The notes beneath the pieces are model-generated. The model saw nothing but the letters and a program-made list of their open reading frames with translations. It made no database searches and had not been told where the DNA came from. From assembly GCA_001687465.1 (NCBI GenBank), contig LVLI01000023.1, forward strand, positions 62,001 to 116,833: a stretch of 54,833 bases of DNA. Direction: 5' to 3'. Below, piece by piece: positions 38,320 through 46,743 of this stretch. Origin of the DNA: Halocafeteria seosinensis (lineage: Eukaryota). The position numbers and the translations under genes are program-made. Positions within the stretch are counted from its first letter, which is position 1. Every line of letters starts with the position of its first letter.

Positions 38320-38585
38320 AATCCAAACGCGTCAAGAAACGCCAAGCCTTCATTGTATGGGGACCAGGAAGTCCTTTTGATCGGCGGACATCTCAAAGTG
38401 CCAATCTTCTACCCGGGGTAGTCAGATCTTGGATTTCAACAAAACTGATGAGAGTTAGGCATCCTATTCGCGACCAAGGCGAAACTTTGTTTTCATGGGG
38501 AAGTTCTGTCGTGGAAGCTGTCGTCCCGCACAGACCCGGTGGAATGCACGGCCTCATGGCACCTCCACGGCGAGGCAAGAGCAAG

Positions 38586-38947
38586 AATGAAATATTGAGA
38601 TGCAAATTTCTTCAACGGGTCCGAATTTGCATTCTTCTTTATGGTGACTTCGCTTCCCATCGCAAATTGCAATGCTGTGTTGGATTTTTTCTGACAGGGA
38701 CCCTTTGCTGTAGGGCTCGGGAATCATAATCCTGCGTAAGACGACTAAAATCAGTTGGAGTAACAATGAAATATTGAGATGCAAATTTCTTCAACGGGTC
38801 CGAATTTGCATTCTTCTTTATGGTGACTTCGCTTCCCATCGCAAATTGCAATGCTGTGTTGGATTTTTTCTGACAGGGACCCTTTGCTGTAGGGCTCGGG
38901 AATCATAATCCTGCGTAAGACGACTAAAATCAGTTGGAATAACAATG
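38586..38947. repeat. 179-bp tandem duplication (2 copies)
   Basis: 38586-38764 matches 38765-38943 apart from GGAGTAAC vs GGAATAAC; AATG at all three junctions. Confidence 0.95.
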
Positions 38948-39612
38948 TTTTTCATTGGATCTGAAATAATTTGTGTTTTTTCTTGCAGTGAATTCGCCTC
39001 CTATAGGCTATTGCAATTCTGTAGAGGAAGCCGAATCCTTAACAAAGAATTTCTTCGTTGTGTGCCTCCAGAATGTTCTCAGTTCAGAAAAAACAGTTCG
39101 TAGCATATATATTTCTGGCTAAGTACCCTCACTTCATGGTTGACCGTGAGAGTATCTTGATACCGGTAAGCAAGGCTGGATTTGAATCTTCCTTTCATGA
39201 ATCATGATTCATAACCCGCGCGCTTTCCGCACCGGGGCAACTTCAAGCCCGGGTAGCCCAAACGCACAAAATAGCCATTGACAGTGTAAACAGGTGGATT
39301 GTGAACATCGACGTTACCACTACAAAAAAGGGCACTTCCATTTCGGTTAGACATTCTTATTTACGTATAGATATGAATGAATAGACCCTGCTGTCCGACA
39401 CTTTTGAAAGGAAACAGCCAGTGGTTACCGAGCGTGCTCCCCCTATAGTCCCCCCTTTGTACCTTTTTTGTCGTTTTTGTGTGGGACACACAGAAGTCAG
39501 GTCCTCCTAGCGTGTGTATACACCAAGATACGAGGGTAGAGACGAAGCACATACAAAGAAAGCATATCATTGTTTTGTGTTGTGAAAAGCAAAGGAATAA
39601 ATCCAGAGCAAA

Positions 39613-40953
39613 ATGGAGCTACGCGTGGGCAAAAAATTTCGCTTGGGAAAGAAAATCGGCAGCGGTTCCTTTGGAGATATCTATCTGGGAACCAACGTCT
39701 CTACAGGAGAGCCTGTCGCAATGAAGCTAGAGAGCACCAAGAGCAAACACCCGCAGCTGGTCTATGAGGCAAAGCTGTACAAGATCTTGCAAGGTGCCGT
39801 AGGAATCCCCTATATTCGTTGGTATGGAGTTGAGGTAAGCCCCTTTTCAGCATGTATAGACCCATTTTATCCAATCCCTTGTCTCTCTCTTTAAAGAGGG
39901 ATCCATAAAGAGTGGTATATTTATAGCTCGGGCTTTCTCACATAATTGAGAGGGGCATGAGAGGTGCAACAAAAGCAGGGCATTTTGGCGCCTGAGTCCT
40001 CCCTCCCCCTGACCTTTGTTGTAGTTCTATTGCCCCCTTGGGATCCCCCCAATGAGTCAGCCGAGGGACTTTTTTGTGGATATACGAGTTGGGATAGGAT
40101 AACAGGATTCTCTGTATCTCTCTGTAGCAACGTTGCTTTGCATATTTTGTGTTGTTTCTTTACATGCTCTATTTTGATCTTACAGGGATCATATAATGTA
40201 CTCGTGATGGACTTACTAGGGCCGTCTCTAGAGGACTTGTTCAACAAGTGTGGACGCCGCTTTTCTCTTAAGACAGTATTAATGGTAGCCGACCAAGTGC
40301 TGCTACGCATCGAGTACATTCACAGCAAGAGCTTTATCCACAGAGATATCAAGCCAGATAACTTCTTGATAGGGGAAGGAAGGCGGAAAAACGTGATTTA
40401 CATTATTGATTTCGGCTTAGCCAAGCGTTACCGCGACCCTAAAACGCATGTTCATATCATGTATCGAGAGAACAAGCACCTCACAGGTACACCGAGGTAT
40501 GCGTCTATCAACAACCATCTCGGAATTGAACAGAGCCGAAGAGATGACCTGGAATCTCTAGGATATGTTTTCATGTACTTCCTGCGTGGAAGCTTGCCTT
40601 GGCAAGGACTTAGAGCGAATACGAAGAAACAGAAATACCAAAAGATTATGGAGAAGAAGATGGCGACCCCAATCGACTTACTCTGTAAAGGATTTCCTGA
40701 TGAATTCCGTATCTACTTCGAATACTGCCGAGCATTACGATTCGCTGACAAGCCGGACTACTCGTATCTCCGCCGCTTGTATAAGGATTTGGCTCTGCGA
40801 AACGACATCGAGTATGACGGGAACTTTGATTGGGTGCTGCTAGAAGACCAGCAGCGTTCGTTGGCCTCGCAATCAAGCGCAGGGGCTGAAAAGCAGAGTG
40901 CTGGCGCGGAGCGTGCAAGTGGCGGAGCCGTCGCTGATCGTTCTGGTCAGTAA
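39613..40953 (+). CDS. CK1: Casein kinase I
   Basis: [61 protein letters not shown]; single intron 39835-40185. Confidence 0.97.
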
Positions 40954-41300
40954 ATTCCTCAGCCCCAAAATGGAAAGGACTCTTGGGGACATTGTTATTG
41001 TTCGATCAGATGATCCAGCCCAATTGCTGTCCTTATAGTACATTGCCTCACAAGGAATGTCATGGCTGTGAGTCTATTGATTTGATTTAAATAGCAATGG
41101 AATGTATGTAAGGGAAACAATTAACGTCGCACCGGAGGTGCTTCGTGCATTTTGTGCGTATCAAATATTGACTCACTCGCTACCCTCATTTGTTGCTGTG
41201 CTACGCCATCTCGATCACTTGCAGCGCGTTGATACGCTACCCTTGTCTCGATTGGCAATCTTATATACCAATGTACCTCGCATCAAAACCAGCCAGTATA

Positions 41301-41861
41301 CTATGCCATACCCTTACGACCTTGTCCAAGATGTGGGGCTTCTTGGAATTGCTCATATTCGTTATCAAATCCCCCCATGGGTTGCTGCGATCTCAAACAA
41401 GATCAGGTGGCAGGTTTATGGCAAAACACCAGGCAGCATTATACACGAGTTCCATTCCCGACGCATAGTTACTTACAAAATGATCACTCTGAAACAACAG
41501 TGCTCCTCCCGTTTCCAAGGTATTCTCTCGTAAGGAAAACTGATTGAACTGTGGGGGACAGAAGACGGTTGAATACCTTCCGTTCAGGAAACAGCGCGTA
41601 CAAGAGTCATAAACACACCTCCTCCACAAAATCTGGGATCAATAAGAAATCGTATAGCCATCCTACTACAAAAAATCCACCCGTGAACATCCATAACAAG
41701 CCCGATTTCCACCTTCCAACGTAGAATCGCTGCAGGATTTCGCCCAGGTACGGATTGTTTTACAACCAGCAAGCTGTACAGTGCCTTACATGTAACCCTA
41801 GGATGCCTAGCGGGAACCATAGGAAATAGGCGAGACCCTTGCTTGCAAATCTCCTCCCCAT
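41301..41861 (-). CDS. TM2-domain protein (paralog 1), multi-exon
   Basis: Spliced: MGRRFASKGLAYFLWFPLGILGLH|RFYVGRWKSGLLWMFTGGFFVVGWLYDFLLIPDFVEE|FNQ.... The last exon and stop are uncertain. Not shown in the ORF track. Confidence 0.8.
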
Positions 41862-42394
41862 ATTTCGTCCTGTATGTGATGTTTAACTACCTTTTTCCTA
41901 CCCGCACTGCTTCGATGCTAATGAAGTGAGTCGATTGATGATCAGCGGGTAGCACGATGCGCACAGACTTGTTTTATTGAAGTCTAGTCATGGCTACGTA
42001 CTCGCAACAAAATCACACTATGTACAACCAAGCCATATAATACAAAGGTTCCTACTCGTTGTACCAACTTGTACAACGACGCCCATCCGGGATCGGACAC
42101 GAGGATCCGAATCATCCAAGTATCAGAGCTAATTCATGCTGAATTTTCATTTGCTAGCCTACGATTTGCAGGTTGAGCACATAGTAGCTGTCCTACTATG
42201 CCATATACCATCAATATAACTTTGCTGTTCAATACGGCTCCGTATCGTTCAAATCACTAAGGCTCAGCACATTACTCTCTTATCCTGGCCAGTCCTGTCA
42301 GCACAAACGAGAATCATTGACGGCTTTCGCCTCCTATCACCGGGTAGAAACGCTTTGCCAAAGGAAACTGCTCTGTTTGGGGAATAGCCTATGC

Positions 42395-43078
42395 CTATGC
42401 TGGTTGTGGCTCGTGCTCTGTTGTGCATTCGTTCTCTTCCTGCTCGCCTTCCGCACCTGCATCTACATCGAGAATTGGTGGAGCGTAAAACGCAGTACCA
42501 TCTGTACCACTATAGTCAAAGCCTTGTAAGGGGGTCTGCACAAACACCGTGATAAACAGCGTGAAGATTCCTCCCTCGATGTGGGATACACGTGTTCGTC
42601 ACCTACAACATGCTCAGTAGCAAAGCGTGTAACGAGCTGAGAATCCAGCAGGTTTTTGCGAAGAGTCAACTGATTATACTGCACATACACAAAACATTGC
42701 CGTATTACTCGTGCTACGCCAATGAGATTGGGAGACGACAACAGCCTCCACGCACCTCTTCGACGAACGTTGGAATCAACACGAAGTCCCGGAGCCATCC
42801 GACCAGGAGCAGTCCTCCAGTAAGCATCCATATGAGCCCTGATCTCCATCGTCCAACATAGAATCTCTGCATTCCATGATGAACATTGCATTCCAACTGG
42901 AGTAGTAGCTATACCTCTGTAACTCACATGAAGGCCGAAGATACCTGCAACATGAGAGGAGAGGGGTGTTGGTTGTCGTCGTGCCTTTCTCATATGGAAC
43001 GAGTCATCGTATAGCACAACACACTACCTTACCCAGTGGAAACCAGCATAAGTATGCCACTATTTTAGAAGCTCGCAT
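42395..43078 (-). CDS. TM2-domain protein (paralog 2), 5 exons
   Basis: MRASKIVAYLCWFPLG|IFGLH|RFYVGRWRSGLIWMLTGGLLLVGWLRDFVLIPTFVEE|YNQ...|TPLQGFDY...; 17-nt exon 42928-42944; stop 42395-42397. Confidence 0.85.
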
Positions 43079-43844
43079 TGGGGAATACGTTCAATGGATG
43101 GGACAAAGCATCGAGGGAGAGATACTGTCGGTGCCAGACACAGTACAATCTTTCTCATCTGACCATATTCGTGCTTAAGTCGCTCAAAAACAACTGGTGA
43201 TGATATGCACATTCAAACCAACTACGGTCTAGCGACACAACATAACACAAAGGACGGCTTGACTCACGATTTCTTGTGAAATTACGATGTGAATCTCGTC
43301 TCTGCTACACAGGAGTGTGACACGGCTCGTGTAGCAATCAATACACGCAGTGTGTATTGGTATTGCTCCTACCCGCAACGCAGTCAGGCGAGCGCTGCTC
43401 AATTCAACGGTTGGTATGATGCGGTGTACCGACGGAAAAAGATGCTTCCACCCCATGCTCAATTGAAGCGCATGACATGCCAGGAGACGGGATCCTTGTG
43501 TGAAACCTGCAAAGCGTCATCGCAATGCTAGTGGACGAAACGCTCGCTGAGTTCCGGAAGCGGCTAGTTCCCCCACTTTAGGCACGTAGAGCAACTAGCT
43601 GCATTATTCAAATGAGTTTAGCACTTGACATTTTTATTGGATCAGCAAGCATACAGTACAGGCAATGCCTACGTGCCAGGCGATTCTTCGCGCAACTCCG
43701 CGGGGGCGTGCAGCGAAGAGTACCAGTGGTAGTGGATATACTATTATGCGTCTGTAATCTCGCATGTGTGGCCACAATATCCATGACAGTAGCAATAGTA
43801 AGTGTTCGTGCGTCAAACCAGAGTGAAACCTCACCCTGCCTCAT

Positions 43845-44050
43845 CCGACCGCATAACCCGACGATATACCCCCTACAACGTCACCTATCTGTTTCACCAA
43901 AATACCGCTATACGACCGCAAAATCCGACGAAATAGTCAGACGAAATACGCAAAGGGATTCCTCACTCAACCGAACCCGACCGCAAAACCCGACGATATA
44001 CCTACTATACAACACTCAAGTGAATTCACAAATTGACCCCTACACGACCG
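43845..44050 (+). repeat. Subterminal iterated motif CGACCGCAWAAYCCGACGAWATA, period 65-67 bp
   Basis: Copies begin at 43846, 43913 and 43978, with a partial CGACCG at 44045. Confidence 0.8.
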
Positions 44051-44140
44051 TGTCTCACGGGGGTTCGACAAACGAAATAGCCATGCTAACGTGCCAAGCG
44101 ACGGTGTCAAGTTGACTTGTGAAGTGAATGGATCGTAGTT

Positions 44141-44638
44141 TTATGAATATGTCCATGGCGGTCTATTTTTTATTACGTAATCATGTTTTTGTTGCCAGAT
44201 CAAACAATTTGAATCGTTTTGGTAATGGTGGTCAAAATCCGTTTCAGGTACTTCCTTTTTACACATGCTACACTTTCCTTGTATTAATCGTCCGATTCTA
44301 TCAGATGTTGGCAGAGTTTGTTTCCACTCAGGTGGATCAAGATTATCAATGTGATCGTTTTGAAAACGTCCATCTTTATGTATTGGGTGACCAGTATAAT
44401 AGTAGTCAAAGGCCTGAGGATGGAAGGAAAAAAAGACAAGATCATCGATAGTCATTCTTCTTCTGTTTCCATTTTTGTACAAGTAAACCATTCGCCGTTT
44501 GCCGTATTGAGACCACGGATTTAGAGTTCTGTTTTCGTGATCCGACCACACTTCACCACGGTTTGATATTTGGTAGGAATCTTCATATCCGGCAATAGGT
44601 TTCCATTCTTTTGGGGTTTCCTTCTTTTTCTTGGGCAT
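44141..44638 (-). CDS. NUMOD4 + HNH homing endonuclease-like protein
   Basis: EWKPIAGYEDSYQISNRGEVWS (NUMOD4), VYLYKNG, PIHKDGRFQNDHIDNL (HNH), and a C-terminal CxxC...HH...C. Confidence 0.85.
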   Translation of the reverse strand: MPKKKKETPKEWKPIAGYEDSYQISNRGEVWSDHENRTLNPWSQYGKRRMVYLYKNGNRRRMTIDDLVFFSFHPQAFDYYYTGHPIHKDGRFQNDHIDNLDPPEWKQTLPTSDRIGRLIQGKCSMCKKEVPETDFDHHYQNDSNCLIWQQKHDYVIKNRPPWTYS

Positions 44639-45060
44639 TGGATTGGTATATCAAATCCCAGTCATTTTTATTGATTCGGTCTTTTGGTCTGCGACATGAG
44701 TTTCACAAACATGGTTGACGTCCAAACTTCAATCGTGATGGGTAGATTAGTTGAGTTCGTCTGGTTTGAAAGGACGAGTCACTGCTTGTCGGCTTTGGCA
44801 TGGTTTTCTGAAAATTTTCAGTGATTGTACTGGAAGAAAGATAACAGCGTGTTTATGAGTGAATGTTTCTGATTCAGATGTTGTGGTTTTCTATTTTTAT
44901 TTGGATTGGAAAAGGTGTGTATAGACCGGAGAACATGTCCTGATGGAGGTGTTTTTTGTTCCCTTCACCGTCCCCTGAATACCAACTTCTTGTCCGGCCA
45001 AGTTCTTTTCTTTGGCAATTGTCCCCGTCCTATTTGCGAAGCCCGTGACAGAATCCAAAG

Positions 45061-45416
45061 GAATCATGATAATCACTGAAGCACAGTGATTATATTTTGG
45101 CTTAGCATAACGGAAAAGATTGATTTATTTGGGTGTATAGGGGTGGTCGTGTGAACTGGAGGATTTTTCTGAGTCCGTCGTAAACCTTGCCCCTAGTTTG
45201 GTCTACTTATGAACAGGGTTGGTTATGTATTGAATCATTATATAAATCACTGAAGCGAAGGGGATGCTTAAATGGGCGAGATAAGGGAAAGTTATTCATT
45301 TGGGTGTTTTTAGAGGGTGGTCTTGTGAACTGGTAAACCTTACCCCCAAGTTTCCTCTATCTATGAACAGGGCTGGTTATGTATTGAATCATCATATAAA
45401 TCACTGAAGCGAAGTG
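45061..45416. repeat. Diverged tandem repeat, units about 155-175 bp
   Basis: AATCACTGAAGC at 45071, 45245 and 45399; TATGAACAGGGYTGGTTATGTATTGAATCAT at 45208 and 45362. Confidence 0.8.
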
Positions 45417-45475
45417 AATGTGTATATGTGTGGGAATGAGTTATGAGGGAATTAGTCATTCTGACTAATCAGTTC

Positions 45476-45707
45476 AGTCAGTCAACCCACTGACCGACTG
45501 TGCGTACGTACGGAGAGAAATTGTACGTACGTACCTGACTGACTGACTAGTACCCTAACCTAGTCAGTCAACCCACTGACCGACTGTGCGTACGTACGGA
45601 GAGAAATTGTACGTACGTACCTGACTGACTGACTAGTACCCTAACCTAGTCAGTCAACCCACTGACCGACTGTGCCTATGTACGGAGAGAATTTGTACGT
45701 ACGTACC
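45476..45707. repeat. 86-bp tandem repeat (about 2.7 copies) made of palindromic AGTC/GTAC tetramers
   Basis: Units start at 45476, 45562 and 45648; the first two are identical. Confidence 0.95.
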
Positions 45708-45771
45708 ATAGAAATGAATGGTTGGGAAAGTACTTGCAGTCAACTAGAGTGCAACAACTTCACTGGCTCTG

Positions 45772-46740
45772 CTACAGGTTACGCACCCGACTAGCAGGTA
45801 TTATACTATTTTGACTGTTGGGCATTCCAAGCCACTTGACTTCCACCATGTTTTTGCCATTCCGCTTAAACCGTCGTACCACTTTCTCAATGGCAAATTC
45901 ACCCTCATCTGTCAATTCAGTCTTTTGTATCTCACTTTGATAGAATGAACCCTCTAAAATATCACCACTTTCATCTTTCAGTTTGTACGTCACTGGATTG
46001 GTCTTCAACACCTTCTGAACCGTAAATAGTTCCCGTGTCCAATTGGCATCAAACCCACGTTCAAATGTCCCCTTGGTTCGAGCGATTCGTACCCGATCCC
46101 CGACTTTTAGTTTGGGTCGAGTCGCCGTATAGTCCTTCCCATGAACAAACTGATGAGGAGCGGGTGTCGCATTACCTTTATAGACATTAACCGGTTTGGC
46201 CTGAATGGTACGATGTTCGCTATTGTTATACTCTTTCACTTCCTGATCCAAGAGATCCAACCATTTTTTGTTCTGTTTTCCTTCCAATTGCTGACGAATT
46301 CGGTTGCCAATGGTGCGATTCAGTCGTTCAATGACAACCCCTTTATGTTCCCCAAAGGTATGATAGAGTTTGATGTCCCATTTGTCAAAGACTTGCTTGA
46401 CTCTTGGTGCTGTGAATTCAGCCCCACGGTCTGTCCACATCAATTCGGGAACACGCTTTTTCGGCAATTTTTTAAAGAAGTCATCCAAAGTCTGTTTCAT
46501 AACGGTGGCGTTTTTATTGGGAATGGGAATGCCCCACGCAAAACGGGAATAGAGTTCCAAGATGAACAGGATAAACTTCATTTGTTTGCCATTCTTTTTG
46601 TTCCACCGAGCAAATTGAGTTAAATCAACAATGTCAGCCGTAAAAATGTGATCCGCCCCACCAGAAATGACACGCCGACGTTTGCGGGGCTGTTGTTTCT
46701 GACGCCCAACTTCACGATTTGCCCGTGTTAAATCACTCAT
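45772..46740 (-). CDS. Retroviral-like (rve, DDE) integrase with C-terminal chromodomain-like module
   Basis: FTADIVD (D), MWTDRGAEF (D), VIERLNRTI (E); KVGDRVRI..FERGFDANWTRELF; FAIEKVV...VKWLGMPNSQNS. Confidence 0.95.
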   Translation of the reverse strand: MSDLTRANREVGRQKQQPRKRRRVISGGADHIFTADIVDLTQFARWNKKNGKQMKFILFILELYSRFAWGIPIPNKNATVMKQTLDDFFKKLPKKRVPELMWTDRGAEFTAPRVKQVFDKWDIKLYHTFGEHKGVVIERLNRTIGNRIRQQLEGKQNKKWLDLLDQEVKEYNNSEHRTIQAKPVNVYKGNATPAPHQFVHGKDYTATRPKLKVGDRVRIARTKGTFERGFDANWTRELFTVQKVLKTNPVTYKLKDESGDILEGSFYQSEIQKTELTDEGEFAIEKVVRRFKRNGKNMVEVKWLGMPNSQNSIIPASRVRNL

Positions 46741-46743
46741 ATA

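Noticed and set aside
39830..40075. Antisense RNase MRP-like P4 pairing (AAGTCCC / GGGGCTTAC on the minus strand)
   Set aside because: One half is simply the reverse complement of the 5' splice site, and the other G-U pairs favour folding on the sense strand.
39964..40185. N-terminal extension of the CK1 ORF from GTG 39964
   Set aside because: It lies inside the intron; the true N-lobe is encoded by exon 39613-39834.
43200..43790. Possible host gene disrupted by the viral insertion
   Set aside because: Only short ORFs without recognisable motifs; the insertion boundary and TSD cannot be fixed from one end.
43845..44050. CRISPR-like repeat-spacer appearance
   Set aside because: Repeats are degenerate, alternate spacers are homologous to each other, there are no cas genes, and the context is a eukaryotic virus.
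44650..45070. Small minus-strand ORFs (<60 aa) in the viral non-coding region
   Set aside because: No motif or TATA-ATG context; coding status is unsupported.
45551..45646. CCCTAA as telomere sequence
   Set aside because: Single hexamers in hairpin loops, not a telomeric tract.
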